A DNA stretch of 61,177 nt, the filler included, from Dugesia japonica (Eukaryota): assembly GCA_001938525.1 (NCBI GenBank). It is 5 parts of 5 records of this genome, joined end to end, with 100 filler letters (N's around TTAATTAATTAA, not from the genome) between each part and the next. Parts side by side here need not be neighbours in the genome. Positions count along the whole stretch, not along the records: positions 38,015 to 48,927 come from MQRL01611345.1; positions 49,028 to 61,177 come from MQRL01641164.1; 3 more parts are not named here. The stretch is one strand, 5' to 3'. Below are positions 46,949-61,177 of this stretch, one piece after another (position 1 is the first letter of the stretch; every line of letters begins with the position of its first letter). Under the pieces are notes generated by a model. It was not told where the DNA came from. It did no database searches and was given only the letters and a program-made list of their open reading frames with translations. A program made the position numbers and the translations under genes.

Positions 46949-49029
46949 TTCAATAAAATAAAATTTTGAAAACTTTAAATNTTAATGATATTAGTTATTT
47001 AAACAAATACTAATTTAAAGATAAATTTAATTTTTAACCAAAATTGTAATTCCACCATATTTAAATTCATTTATTAAAATTTTGAATTTTAGGAAATTTT
47101 ACTAATATTATTCTTTATTTATTCTATTGTTTACATTAATTTATTCTGATAAATTTTAAAAAATGAGTTATTGATTTTATTTTCTTGGATAATGATTCAA
47201 TTACTTTTTAATGACTATAGTTAAAGTTAAAGGATTGAAAGCCAACAAGATTTTAAATTACCTTTCTTTTGTGAACATAATTTATTTTTTGACAAATTGC
47301 TAATATTTCTATAATATCTTTTTTAGAAATGAAATAATGATTATTGAGAAAATATATATTAGAAGCATACAGTAATTTTTCAACTATATTTAAAATCAAA
47401 ATAGTCTTAATCTTTTTTTCAAATTCATCATTTATTGTCTAAATTTTAATTAAACTAAAATGCAAAAAATATAGGCTATTTGGTTTTATCCTTTACTCTT
47501 AATGAAAAATGATTTAGGATTATTGTAATTGTGAAAATATGAAAATATTGTGTTAAAATATTATATTAAAATACTGCGATATCATATAAAATATTGTTCG
47601 TGTTAAATTCCCTTTTAAGTTGGGCACACATAATTCTTGCTTGGGCTTTTTTAATATTAAAGACTTTTACCGAATCGTTTCAAATTCTTTTAATAAACAT
47701 CTGCTTAATAATTTTCTCGTCGATNTGAGCTTTATCTACTGTCTGTTTTAATCCTCCAGCGAAGGTCCAATATTGTTCGTTTACCTGTTGTTTGCAGCTC
47801 ACCATTTTTATCAATTGTCACATTAAGAAATTTTTCTTTAAAGTTCTCTCGCTTCCTTCAATGATTTAATTTGTTGACAATTTCTTAATAAAACAAAAGT
47901 ATGATGTACTGGCTTCAACAGATTAACTGCTAAAATTTCTGCCACGTCTTCATAGTTCTAGTTGTACGCTTAAAACGAATTTCATGCGTCTCTAATCCTC
48001 TAATTCCTCATCATTTCCTCTAAATTTCTATTCATTAAAATTTTCCTTTACACGATTTGTTATATTTGCTCTTTTATCCTATGTTTGGAATTTTATCTTA
48101 ATAAAATAAAAGAAATAAATGAAGTTACTAATCGATAAATGAATATGACAAATCCTGAAGAAGATAAAATCGAAAATTTGTGGAAAAAACANNNNNNNNN
48201 NNNNNNNNNNNNNNNNNNNNNNNNNNNNNNNNNNNNNNNNNAAAATGATTTAGGATTATTGTAATTGTGAAAATATGAAAATATTGTGTTAAAATATTAT
48301 ATTAAAATACTGCGACATCATCTAAAATATTGTTCGTGTTAAATTCCCTTTTAAGTTGGGCACCCATAATTCTTGCTTGGGCTTTTATTGACTTTTAGAC
48401 TTTTACTGAATCGTTTCAAATTCTTTTAATAAACATCTGCTTAATAATTTTCTCGTCGATATGAGCTTTATCTACTGTCTGTTTTAATCCTCCAGCGAAG
48501 GTCCAATATTGTTCGTTTACCTGTTGTTTGCAGCTCACCATTTTTATCAATTGTCACATTAAGAAATTTTTCTTTAAAGTTCTCTCGCTTCCTTCAATGA
48601 TTTAATTTGTTGACAATTTCTTAATAAAACAAAAGTATGATGTACTGGCTTCAACAGATTAACTGCTAAAATTTCTGCCACGTCTTCATAGTTCTAGTTG
48701 TACGCTTAAAACGAATTTCATGCGTCTCTAATCCTCTAATTCCTCATCATTTCCTCTAAATTTCTATTCATTAAAATTTTCCTTTACACGATTTGTTATA
48801 TTTGCTCTTTTATCCTATGTTTGGAATTTTATCTTAATAAAATAAAAGAAATAAATGAAGTTACTAATCGATAAATGAATATGACAAATCCTGAAGAAGA
48901 TAAAATCGAAAATTTGTGGAAAAAACANNNNNNNNNNNNNNNNNNNNNNNNNNNNNNNNNNNNNNNNNNNNTTAATTAATTAANNNNNNNNNNNNNNNNN
49001 NNNNNNNNNNNNNNNNNNNNNNNNNNNAT

Positions 49030-49167
49030 GATTATGAATATTTTGATCGCATCAAATATCATAGATGCTCAGAAGCTGCAAAAGAATTTATTCAAAAATG
49101 TTTGGTTTATTCACCAGAGAAAAGAATTCAATTCAATGAAATACGCAACCAATCTTGGATGCAATAA
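49030..49167 (+). CDS. 3' end of a host Ser/Thr protein kinase (subdomain XI), truncated by the scaffold start
   Basis: CSEAAKEFIQKCLVYSPEKRIQFNEIRNQSWMQ*. Confidence 0.75.
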   Translation, partial: DYEYFDRIKYHRCSEAAKEFIQKCLVYSPEKRIQFNEIRNQSWMQ

Positions 49168-49939
49168 TTTAATATTTTAATTTATATTTTATATTTTTCA
49201 TAAATAATTATTGACTTTCAACTACAAAATCTTTAGTATTAGTGAGTAGTTGTAGTAGAAAATAGTTGTATTTAATAAAATATATATTTATGGTTAAAGA
49301 ATAAATTTTTATTGAAAAATATCAGCATTTTTATTAGTATGGGTTTTATTATTAGTTGAGTGTTCTTTTTAAATTACTTTATTCTTTTTATTATTTTTTA
49401 AACATTTCAGTTGTTAATTTTATTTCATTTATTCTTTCTCTAAATTTTAAATAACTTTCNNNNNNNNNNNNNNNNNNNNNNNNNNNNNNNNNNNNTAGTT
49501 TAAAGACTGTTGAAAATTTATTTAATTCATTTTTTGCTATTATTGTCCATCAAATTCTGCAAGCAGTTTATTCTAATTAATAAACTGGATGAACGAAATA
49601 CATTCATTAAACATTATGAATCCTACAAATTCTCTATAACCAATAGAGAAACGATATTGACGCCGGCTTACATTTTTATTAAAATTAATTATATTCCATA
49701 TTATATTATATTATATTATATTTTATATAATAAATATATTATATTATATTATATTATATTATATTNNNNNNNNNNNNNNNNNNNNNNNNNNNNNNNNNNN
49801 NNNNNNNNNNNNNNNNNNNNNNNNNNNNNNNNNNNNNNNNNNNNNNNNNNNNNNNNNNNNNNNNNNNNNNNNNTATATTATATTATATTATATTATATTA
49901 TATTATATTATATTTTATTATAAATTATATTTCCATATT

Positions 49940-52900
49940 TATGTAAACATTGTATTAATTGTAAAATGAAAGAAATAATTTTCTCGTTTTGAGGTATGAC
50001 AGGAAGCAAAAGTTAAACCAATGAAAATTTATTAAAATTATTTGTTTCTATTTTACCTTGTTTTATTAAATATATTTATAGTTATTAATTGTGAAATAAA
50101 TTGTGAATATGTCTTAAATGAATAGTTGTGAATTAGAAAATAAATTATCTAACATGGTTGTCGTGGTAAATACCGATTTAATTACAAATACGGGATTACT
50201 AAATGTGTTCTTTAAATGAGAAGATATCGAAAAATAATAACGCGCTGTGATCAAAGCGCAAAGAAGGGCAAAAGAAATTTTCTAATTTGCCTAAAAAACG
50301 CAAGAAATGTTAATCCCGAAACCAAGTTTCTTTGATGGTCTCAGTCAAGATGCCAAAGATTGGATGCACGCAACGAAAGATTTTGCGAAATTCAATCAAA
50401 TAGAACTTTTTTTCGTGTTAGATATGCTTCTAAGAAGTGATGCAAAACAGTTGTAGGAAGAATTTACCTGTTCAAATGATTCTGTTACTAATGAAAAGGT
50501 CATAAAATGTTTTATGAAAATGTTTTATAAATAAAAAAGCGATTTATGATAAAGTAAAGAAATTGTTTTCAATAAAACAGAGAACAGGCAAGAAGTACAG
50601 AAATTTTGAGATTCGAGTTTCAAAAAATGGTTACAGATGTGTTTCAAAAGAAATTAACAATAGAATAAATTGCAAGAGCATTTATTCTGCAAGGATTACA
50701 GAGTGAGAAACTACGTGAATCCATCAATGTCTGACGAAAGAAGAAGAAAATTTGCAACGAATTTAGAAAACTTGGTTCTGCATCGATAAGTTCGTGTCAT
50801 GAAACCAATATATAATCAACGTTCAGAAGAGAAGACACATTTTGAGCACCAAAGGAATTTAGGAGATATTAAATCTTCAGAAAATAGAAATCAATCTGAA
50901 AATTCAACTGCATATAAGAATCGAGAGAAACATTTTTCACAAGCGAGCAATAATGAGAATTTTTCTCATCAAGCCAATAGACCATAAAATGAAAATTATT
51001 GCAATGAAATGCTCGAATCAATGTGGGGATAAAGCTCCTCCACGTGATGAAATCTTACAACAGGGTGCATGCTTTTGTTGTGGTAATACGAGTCATAGAC
51101 GAAATGAATGTCGACTTAAGAATATATGCCTAATTTGTGGTAAAATTGTNATTATTTCAAAGATTGTTATTTGGTTACCAATGGCTATCTAAATGGAAGA
51201 ATATCATGTATGGAGAAGAGCAAAGTGTGAACGAGATGAATAATTTAGACGAAATCCAAGATATTAATGATAGCGAAATGGAAAAAACTCATTTGCTCAA
51301 TGCTTAACAGATGCTAAAAGTAGCATCCAAAAGTTAAAATATGAATTATCCACAGCACCGATATTGGCATTTTTTGATCCATCAAAAGAAATAATTCTAG
51401 ACACTGATGCAAGCTTTGGAGCTATTGGAGCTGTTTTAAGCCAAAACAATTACAGAGCCGATGAAAATTTCAAAGGTTTGATAGTTTAAAATTCTCACGA
51501 GAAAGGTGTGCCCTAAAAAGAATGTTTAGCTATTCATGAATTTGTTATTCATTTTAATCATTACTTTATTGGGAAAATGTTTAAATTAAGGAATGATCAT
51601 AAAGCTTTGACTTATATGAAGAAAACAAATAAACCAATTAATCCACAGTTTCAGACTTGGTTTGCTAATCTTTCTGGATTTAATTTTNATTTAGAATATC
51701 GGGAAAAAACGGATCACAGTCAAGAAAATATGAAACGCTGTGTAGTCAATGTTTAACTAATTACCATTATGGTAAAGGGAATAAATCTAAAGTTTGATTT
51801 ATAAACAGTTTAACCCTAAAAAGCACAACAGAGCCTACCAGTCTCTATTTGAAGTTAAATTGCTAATAGATTTATTAATATTTATCCATTTCCCCCAAAA
51901 TCTTTTTTATTTGTCTATTTTCATCATATAAGTATAATAATTGAAGCATTTGACAAAATTTAAATCGGTAACATATATTTAATTAAATTTCACTAGTAAA
52001 TAGCACAAACGCACAACAGTGCTCTATATGTTTAAGTGTGAAGTTCTGTTTAGATAATTACACGGTATACGAAGTGTAGGCTATTGCATTCAAATATATA
52101 AGTCTAAACAATAAGTGAGTGCATTGCAAGTAAAAATTAAAAAGTGTTTTGAATATAAGTTTGTTTGAATATCTGATAGGATTAATTATCGCAGCTCGCT
52201 TTATTTATAATTTTGGAAAATATTATATGCCTGGAGAAAATATTGTTGTAGATAAGCAGCTTATGCCTTGTCGCAGCTGATGTTCTTTTATTCAAAACAT
52301 TCCATCTAAGTCCGACAAATATGCAATACAAATTTAGTGGTTATGTGATTCCAAAACAGCCTATCCACTCGTCGGAATTCCATATACAGGAAAATTAGGC
52401 AACACCAGAGCGGTTGGACTTGGAAGAGAGGTCGTTGAAAAACTGTGCGCACCATATTTTGGAACCAATCGCAATGTAGCTATTGACAATTACTTTACAA
52501 GTAAAGAATTAGCACAAAATCTTTTGTCTAATGGTCGAACATTAGTAGGTACTCTGCGTAAAAAAATGCCTGTATTATATATGAATTTCAGCCTAACAAA
52601 AACCGAGAAGCACGTACAACTTTATTTGGATTTCAAAAAAATATTACTATTGCGTCGCATGTATCCAAGTCAGGTAAAGCAGTAATTCTTTTGTCAACAA
52701 TGTACCACGACGACAAAATGATCGAATAAAATGGTAAAGCTATGTAGGAAATTAATAATTATTATGACTTAACCAAAATCAATACATTTGATTAGCTTAT
52801 TCACGAATATATGGTAAAGAGAAAAACAAATCGTTAGCCATTAGCTTTTTTATGAATATGCTAGATGCCGCTAGAATAGCTGGATATGTGNNNNNNNNNN

Positions 52901-54705
52901 NNNNNNNNNNNNNNNNNNNNNAACAAAAATCCAACAGACAAAATTTATTCCTGCAAGCATTGGCCGAATCTCTAATTGAACCTCATGTAAAGAAGAGGCC
53001 AAATAATAAAAACCTACACCGATAGTCCAAAACTCTAATAAACAGCTATTTTGAAGCTTCAACTACTGAAAGTTCTTCTATTATAGCTTCAACTTCCAGT
53101 TCACATGAAAAACTCAGAGAAAAAAAACGGTGGCATTTGTGTCCATACGCAAAATCAAAAATGGAGACGCAGTGGTGCGACAATTCCCAGGAAAATGTAT
53201 GCAATCAACACTCTACAACAACAATAAATTGTTCGTCATGTTAAAAAAAATAAATATTAGTCTGTTAAACTATATGTATATGTAAGGGATTTTTTGTTAC
53301 TTGAAAGTCAATTTTTTTTATAAATAATTTTTGTTCCAAATTAATATAAATGAATTCCTTAATTATTTAAAAACTAATAATAAATTAATTGTGTTCAATT
53401 ACTATTAAAATGTGGTTTTTTCATAGCAATATTTCATAGAGACTCAGAGNNNNNNNNNNNNNCTAAAGTTAGTAAAATAGTTGTGATTTTTAGGGTTAAA
53501 TGAAAATGTATTTTATGACGAAAATATGGAAGAGTTACAAAACAAATGTGGAATACTGAGATCAATATTACGCTAGTTACACGGCTTGGATAGTGATGTA
53601 ACTACTGAAGTGAAGAAAAGCAAATATTTTACAAGTATAGATAAATTAAAATTATTTGGGAATATTGTGATTAAAGATGACCAAGAGAAGAAACTAATTG
53701 TTATTCCAGAAAATTACTTATCAAAATTAGTCAAATACATTGTCATTTGGGAAGCTAGAAGTTAGTTGAATTTATTCAAGAGGTACACTTCTGGCCTGAT
53801 ATGGGTAGAAACATTGAACACGAAATTCAAAAATGTGAAATATGTGCCAATAGAAAGGTTTACATTGGTCGAACAAAAGAATTATTGTTTACCTAGAGAG
53901 AAATTTTGACCACTAGAAAAACTTTTAATAGATGTGGCCTATTTTTTTGAGTATAAGTCTAATCAAAAGTAGTTGCTTGTTATTATCGATAGATTTATCA
54001 AACTAATTCGACTGATACTTCTTAGTAAAAAAGATGAAATAGCAATAACAGTTGCTATAAAGAACCAATAGATTTACCGATTTTGAAAACCAAAATCAAT
54101 CTTATTTAATCGAGGTGGAGTTTTTGAAAGTAGCAAAATAAATGAGTTGTGTGGAAGATTTGGAATTACACAAGAATTTACATCACTTTACCAAAATCAA
54201 GCCAACGGTTTAGCAGAGCGAGTAATTAGAACAGTCATAAATATTTAAGTCACTTAAATTAATAGTGATAAGAATAGATTTACTTAGGATAAATACATTC
54301 CAAGATTGAGTTTTCCATTAATGCAACATACCAAAGCGCTATAAAGAAATCTACATTTGAGGTTCTATATGGGCCAAAAGTGCTGTTACATCGATTGTCG
54401 AGAAATACACCTGTTAATCATGAACAAGTGGTTGATGAAACAAAAGTAGTACTGAAACGAGTTGCAGATGAATAAATAAAATACGAATCAGAAACAAGAG
54501 GTCACAGACAATTTGGAATTGGTGAAAATGTTCTTGTAAAAAAGGAACCTCCCAATATTAATAAAAGTAGAGACAGATATGAAGGCCCGTATACGATTAT
54601 TAAGTTTTTAAGTCCCCATCAAGTCTTACTGAATCTTCCAGATAAACCAAAGTCAAGACGAGTTGAATGGCTAAAACGAGTTTCAATTTATATGTAGAGG
54701 GAAGT
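49940..54705 (+). mobile_element. Decayed Ty3/gypsy LTR retrotransposon (gag, RNase H, integrase; PR-RT missing); 5' boundary approximate
   Basis: ..AACA-TGG PBS-like junction at 50154/50155; CFCCGNTSHRRNEC zinc knuckle; LDTDASFGAIGAVLSQ; FWPDM..CEIC; NGLAERVIRT; YEGPY; purine tract at about 54695. Confidence 0.85.
51814..53495 (+). mobile_element. piggyBac transposon nested in the gypsy element; internally deleted and decayed
   Basis: TTAA-CCCTAAAAAGCACAAC ... GTTGTGATTTTTAGGG-TTAA; IVVDKQL, IPSKSDKY, IDNYFTS, Cys-rich C-terminus. Confidence 0.92.
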
Positions 54706-57669
54706 TAGAAAATAGTGATTATTTAAACAGTCAATTTTGTTTGAATAATACAAATTACAGTATTGTTAAATAAATCCTTAATATTAATGACAAGTCTTTT
54801 TACTTTTATAATTAATGAAATTGGTTGTTATTGTTTTCAGTGAAACTGTGCTATCCTTTATCAATTCTTGAATCACAATATCTTGTTTAACAATTTGATT
54901 TCTTAGAGAGTCAATTTCTTAAGTCTCTTGTTTAAAGTATTTTAAATTAATTACATCTAGTTTATTATATCTAAGATCTTTAGTAACTCTATGAGAAGTA
55001 ATGGTATCATCATTCTCATTTAAAAATTTCTTATCATTGACAATTGATTTCATTTTCAATTTTGCTTGAACAAGTTCATTGTAATAGAATCTCTTATTTC
55101 TAAAGGTATTCCAAATCTATCAATAAAAAATTTCGATTCATTAGTTTAGAATAAAATATAATTTTTCCAGTTCATTTATTATTTCCAAAAACTTTCAACC
55201 ATTTTCTATCTTATATAAAAAGTAAATATATAATCTTCCACAATTTTTAGATCTTCATAGTTAAACTTGTTTCTTGTTGTAGATGTTAACAAAAGGTTCA
55301 CCTTCTCTAGAAGAAGGTAACCGAAATAAATCAAATTAGTATCTATAATACAAGGCTATTCTTTTTCGTTACTAATTTGATAATTTATTATCTTCATAGA
55401 ATTAGAATAATTGAACTCAAGTTTCTTGACTTCATTGACTTCATTATTCATCAAGACTGGTATTTTCAGATTTAAGAAATCTGATATAGAATACAAATCA
55501 AAATTGGTTAAAGTATTGATTCCAATTTTTTTTAAAGTCTAATATGTTATACTCAATAAGAGACATTTAGTGTAAACAAAGTTTTGGATATAATAAAATA
55601 TTTACCAAAAATAATTATAACCATCTGAATGAAAATTCTCATTAAAGAAATAATTTGCTAAATTTTTATAATCATATTTTATATCACGATGTATATTTTC
55701 AAATGTATCATTTGATATATAGCCATCATCATCAAAACTTAACGTATAAGCTTTGTTAGAGTTATTATTTCTTAAGTTAAGAGAATTCATTAAAAACCAA
55801 GTTCTGATAGAAAAATANNNNNNNNNNNNNNNNNNNNNNNNNNNNNNNNNNNNNNNNNNNNNNNNNNNNNNNNNNNNNNNNNNNNNNNNNNNNNNNNNNN
55901 NNNNNNNNNNNNNNNNNNNNNNNNNNNNNNNNNNNNNNNNNNNNNNNNNNNNNNNNNNNNNNNNNNNNNNNNNNNNNNNNNNNNNNTTTTTAAAACTAAT
56001 TTAAATTCTATATATTATATTTAAATTTGTAAATCTCACAAGCTTCATTAAAATTAAAATGTCAATACCAAAAATTCAAATTAATTAATAGCGAATCAAT
56101 TTTATTAGAAAAGATTTATTTTTCGATAATTAAATATTTTTGTTTATATTTTAAATATTTTTCTCTTGCTATAAATGATTCTTTTAAAACTTTATGACAT
56201 TAGATTTCATTAAATGTGAAAAACTATTATGGCTGGCTTTTACAGCAGAGGTTATTCTTACTAAATATTCCAAAATATCTTTGGGGTTCTACAAGCAATC
56301 TTGTTTCTAGAAATCTTGCCTCAAGACTTGTCCCAAGTTATCATCTTTTGATGAATCACTTTTTTGGTAATCAATAGGGAGAGAAAAAGAATATTGTTTT
56401 CTTGCAGACTCTTTTAATGTTGATCATATTGTTAGTTGGGTTTTGAAAACTCATCGAATTTTTAACATCAGAATTCAAATTCATTACAACGATTTATAAT
56501 TATAAAAAACTATAACAACACTAATTGAGTTTTACAGCAAATTAAATTCCTGTTTTAAATTGGGGATCGTTTCTTAAAATTATTTTAAAATCTATGTAAA
56601 GTCATTTGATTTTTTATAAAGATTTTTAAAATAAATTTTCAGTTTTTTTATAAAAATTTTAATTTTAAAATTTAAAACAATTACTGATTCGTCATTTAAT
56701 TTTTCATTTCAATTTAAATCTTTTTCAAAAAAGATTTCAAGAAAAACGATCACCAACCACACAAAGATTCAACTCGCTTAAAACATACTCACACATATAA
56801 TGTGATTATTTTTACATGATCATCATAAAGCCTTTTATTTTTCTCTAGGAGATTTTTGATTTTTGCAGCTAAAATTTGTTCTCTTTGTTTTGAAAAAATT
56901 CTCATTCTTTGAAGTGGAGCTTCGAGAAGTAAAGGTTGAGAAAAAAGTGGTTTGGCTTAAAGACTTTCAATTTGTTTTCGAAAATCTTTGTTTTTTTTCT
57001 CATTTACAATATTTAGTCTTTCTTGGTGAGTTTTCCAGTTATTTAAAACATTTCTAAAAGCTTATCTAAAATTTAATGTAAATAATCAAAAAACTTCAAC
57101 ATATTTCTAACTAGTTGGCTATTCGACTCTTGGTCCATACAAATAAACCTGTTGGCATCAAATTCATTAGAACCTTTCCCCAAAATCAAATTCATTACTT
57201 CTTGATTATAAGTAATTCTTGACTTGTCTTGAAACACAAAAAAGTTTTGATTATCGTGTTCCTTAAAATATATTATTGTTTTTAGATAAGTACCAATAAT
57301 AATCTTTATAAAATCATTATCTTTAATAATATTGGGGCTTATGCTATTTGAGGTTTCAAATTCCTCAAAAACATTATCATCAACACCAAAGCGGCTAAAT
57401 CAATTTATTGGAGAACCCTCGTTTTGTTTAGAAGGACAACTGCTTTTGAATCTGATAGAATGACTTCATCTCCTATGGCTTTAAAGATTTGTTTACATTT
57501 TTAACTGCTACTATTATGCGTTTTTGTTGAACTGAAAATTTCTCTTTTTATATTTCAGATTTTAAAAATTATCTTGAGCTTCTATCAAATCTCTAAGTAC
57601 AATTTTCTTGACTCCATCCAATCTTGTGAAGTATCTTCATTCATTTTACATAGATAGAATTTATTCTAA

Positions 57670-59714
57670 AGACAAGTCATATGGTCTAAGATATAACCAA
57701 TTTCCCTTAATCTATACAGCAACTCATTTTTTAAATTTATTTGTAGTACATAATGTATCTCCTTTTAAGGAATCGGAATTCTTGAGATATTTATGAATGA
57801 CACTTTCTTGATATGAATTTAGGTATATGGCTGAACCTTGTTTCTTAAAGTCAGCTTGTTTTTTTATTTGAAAATTTAAAAATTCAATATCTTTTTGTTT
57901 CCTTATAGTATTTTATGAACTNNNNNNNNNNNNNNNNNNNNCAGAAACTACTCCAGCTACTCCAAATAGATCAGCAATAATTCTTGGGATTAAATTCAAT
58001 AATGGTAATTTAGATCTTATTTTTGAAATCAGCTCTTGGGATTTCATTCTTAATTGTTTCTTTAGCTTTTTTTCCAATCCAATAATTCTTTCCATAAATA
58101 TTAATTTAAATAATTTTTATAGTAGAATTTAGAGGACCTATCATTTATTNAGCTATCAAATCTTTAGTTACAACTNACTCTTTAACATTTTCTACAAAGA
58201 AAATATTTTCTTTNGCAATCTTTAGCTCTACATGTTTTTCTTTTAGGATTATCCATCGTACTTGACCAGTAAATGCACTATCTTTAGTTATGTGCAAATT
58301 AACATCTACATTGTTTAAAGAAAGCTTTGCATCTTGAGCAAATACGTTAAAGCAAGATATTTGNNNNNNNNNNNNNNNNNNNNNNNNNNNNNNNNNNNNN
58401 NNNNNNNNNNNNNAATCCAATAATTCTTTCCATAAATATTAATTTAAATAATTTTTATAGTAGAATTTAGAGGACCTATCATTTATTCAGCTATCAAATC
58501 TTTAGTTACAACTAACTCTTTAACATTTTCTACAAAGAAAATATTTTCTTTGGCAATCTTTAGCTCTACATGTTTTTCTTTTAGGATTATCCATCGTACT
58601 TGACCAGTAAATGCACTATCTTTAGTTATGTGCAAATTAACATCTACATTGTTTAAAGAAAGCTTTGCATCTTGAGCAAATACGTTAAAGCAAGATATTT
58701 GATAGAGTATTTTTTATTGTGTTATATATAATTTTGGAACTGTCAAGAATTCTAGAAAGATTTATACATAAGCTTGGTAAAAGGATATTACTTCATTATT
58801 TCTTACATTTATTTCTATTCTGTTGATGGGATAGTACAAATGGATTAGTTAAATCTGTATATTTTTTATTACACTTATTGTTTTCACATTAATATTAGTA
58901 ATAAAAGTCAAAACTATCCTTTGATAATTTAAATGCATCTGGAATGAATCCTAGTTTATAAGCTAGAATAGTTTGTTTCAATGTTGATGCTTGCTTTTGA
59001 AGACAATGTATTCAAGAAAGTAACTGGTATTGGTTGGTTGTAAGAGATTCATTCTAGATACTCTTATTCATTTCTTGGATTCAATGACTACTCTGAAATA
59101 TGTAATTCAAGTCTCAATAACTTTAATTTAACATTGGAGTCCGATTTGCGAAAGAATAATTCTTTATCATTCAGTTTTCAATTACAATCTAATTGTAAAA
59201 ACACATTAAATACTGCAATAAATCAAACACCTTATTCCATGGAAAGTAACCTTTCATATTTTTAGCCCGTGTATATTTCGTTTCTTTTTAAATAACCCAT
59301 ATCATTTGCATCGCCTTTGTTTTCATCAGGAATCCATCCATACGCTTTTGTAAAGTTTTGAGAAGATTTGTTATAGAGAATTAGATTCAACATTAAAGAT
59401 GTTATTCTTGGTTCTTCAATATCTTCAATTATAGTTGATCCCAACTATCATCTCATGGAGCAAAAAAACTAGAGAACCAATTATTCTCNAGGGTTAATTT
59501 TTCATTGCTTCATCTACTTCAATTTTAATCTTGTAGTAGTACATAATATTGCTTTTCTAATAACCAATGAATTAGTAGATTGCAATGACTTGAATTGCAT
59601 TTTTCCTGATTGATTCAATTTACCTAATGTACCACTTGTGGAATTAATCTTGAGTAAATCAATCTTGTTTATGCTGTGTGAAAGTCTTGCATTGTTGTCA
59701 ATCTTCATTTTCAT
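57670..59714 (-). mobile_element. Second, heavily decayed Polinton related to the first: major capsid pseudogene (about 58480-59714) and pX-like pseudogene (about 57670-58095); may extend left to about 54780
   Basis: DLLKINSTSG, AYGWIPD, AQDAKLSLNNVD..HITKDS and EKHVELKI match ORF 11832..13151; LPLLNLIP..GVAG, GSAIYLNSYQESVIHKYLK and WLYLRPY match 8726..9394. Confidence 0.85.
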
Positions 59715-60699
59715 CAGAGATTTCTACTAATATTTTTAAATTGTTTAAAGTTTAATAAGTGAAAACATACTAAACTTATAATAAATTATTGTATTCTGAT
59801 TGGCTGCCTATAATATAAGTAAAATAGATTTATATGCATAAAAAACATACTAAAATTTTATAAGTGATTATATTATAGAACAATGGTTAGAAAAAATAAT
59901 ACAAACCAATCACACACATAGATACACATTTTTATTATAAATTAGATTAAAATCTTTTTAAACTTTAAACAGTATATTAGTAATATTGTAGAATTTTTAT
60001 AATCAATAATTTTACATAATTTTTATATACATTTATATTTTGAATTAATAAACTACTTTCAATATAAATAACTATTTTATTTAATTTTAAGTTGAAATTT
60101 ATTCAATGTATTTTTCCAGTTTTTCGCTAATTGTTTTAGCTATCATCTTTATCTAGAATTGAATCTTTCTTTCTTTTTACCATTTTATCCACCTTTGCTT
60201 CATTTAAATTTACATATTTCCATAAACGTTCTTCAAAACATTCAATTTTAATTTTCATATCAACAATAGTTTCCCTCGAGACTTCTAGAGTATATTTCTT
60301 TTGTAGTAATTTAGATAAAGATTTTGTTGGAAATAAACTATTCTCCCTTTGTAAATTGTTTTACTTCCACATTCTCTTTAAAAATTAAATTTACACGACT
60401 TTTATCTTTTGCGCACTAAATCCAATATACCTTCGTCCATTTTATAAATATACAAAGTGTTTAGGAAGGAATGCACTGGACTTTGTAGTTAGCCTGAATG
60501 AGTTATTATAAGCAAACAATGTCTTGTAAACATGGGTTTAATTATCAACCATTTACAAGATATTGAGGATCAGAAGAAGACAAAGACAAAAATTGTATTT
60601 ATAGGTATAAACAAAGAATTTACAACTGTTCAATAAGACCTCCTTCAACTTTTTCACAAATGTTTAAACGATTCAACAGCTCCTTCTGTCATTTGCTGT

Positions 60700-60900
60700 T
60701 TTCATTGTTGGATTTCAAAAATCCTCTCGATCAATTCCTCTTTATTTTCTGGTTTTCCAATTTCAGAAGCTTTGGATTTTATGTGGCCTTATATGAAGAA
60801 GTCTAATAAATTTAGATTTGGTGATCTTGGCGGCCACTGTACAGGTCCATTTACTTCAATCCAACGTCTTTGAAAGTGCACATCCAAATTATTTGTCACC
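60700..60900 (-). pseudogene. Tc1/mariner transposase C-terminal relic
   Basis: HFQRRWIEVNGPVQWPPRSPNLNLLDFFI*GHIKSK. Confidence 0.8.
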
Positions 60901-61177
60901 AAAACCACACGTATTAGTACGCCAAGATATACAATAGTCCTCTTTCAGACCAGAAAACCCTCCCCAGAATAAATCTAGTCCTGGTTCGGCCAGCTAAACG
61001 CTGTAAAAAAACCAAAAAGACAAATAGAAAGGGAAAAAAATTTAAAAAAATAAGAAACCACAAAAAAGACACTTAAAAATTTGGACATTAATCCAACCCT
61101 TCCATATCGGACTCACTGTCATAAACAATTCCGCATTGTTCATCAGAATTGTCTATTGCACCAGCTTGTCCGTTATG

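Noticed and set aside
47505-48927. About 690-bp direct duplication resembling LTRs
   Set aside because: Near-identical copies abut N gaps and end at the same base; typical unmerged contig overlap or haplotigs
14881-49027. Recurrent palindromic TTAATTAATTAA between N runs, and apparent clustering of Polinton, retroelement and host gene
   Set aside because: Artificial 100-nt scaffold spacers; adjacency across them has no biological meaning

Overview
AT-rich eukaryotic DNA, probably animal (a 43-nt GT-AG intron in RPLP2 and animal-type TEs). It is an artificial concatenation of five unlinked scaffolds joined by 100-nt N44-TTAATTAATTAA-N44 spacers at 14881, 26359, 37915 and 48928. (1) 1-14880: a near-complete Polinton/Maverick (adintovirus-type) endogenous virus, all genes on the minus strand. 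It carries pPolB with two in-frame stops, a GasderminX-like membrane protein, an adenain protease, penton, a core protein, an unannotated adenovirus-pX-like gene, a packaging ATPase, a PLA2-integrase fusion and the major capsid protein. Its terminal inverted repeat includes the polB 3' end. (2) 14981-26358: a MITE, Penelope fragments, and the most unusual element in the window. This is a decayed Ty3/gypsy-type retroelement whose reconstructed single polyprotein reads Bcl-2-like domain, signal peptide, chuvirus-like glycoprotein, TM, protease, (RT deleted), RNase H, integrase, signal peptide, FN3-like domain, Thr-rich stalk, TM. No Gag is recognisable. (3) 26459-37914: piggyBac and Penelope relics and a TIR-bounded maT/mariner. 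(4) 38015-48927: a gypsy relic and host RPLP2. (5) 49028-61177: a kinase 3' end, a gypsy element interrupted by a TTAA-flanked piggyBac, a second heavily decayed related Polinton, and a Tc1/mariner relic. All family calls come from motif recognition by eye; no searches were run.
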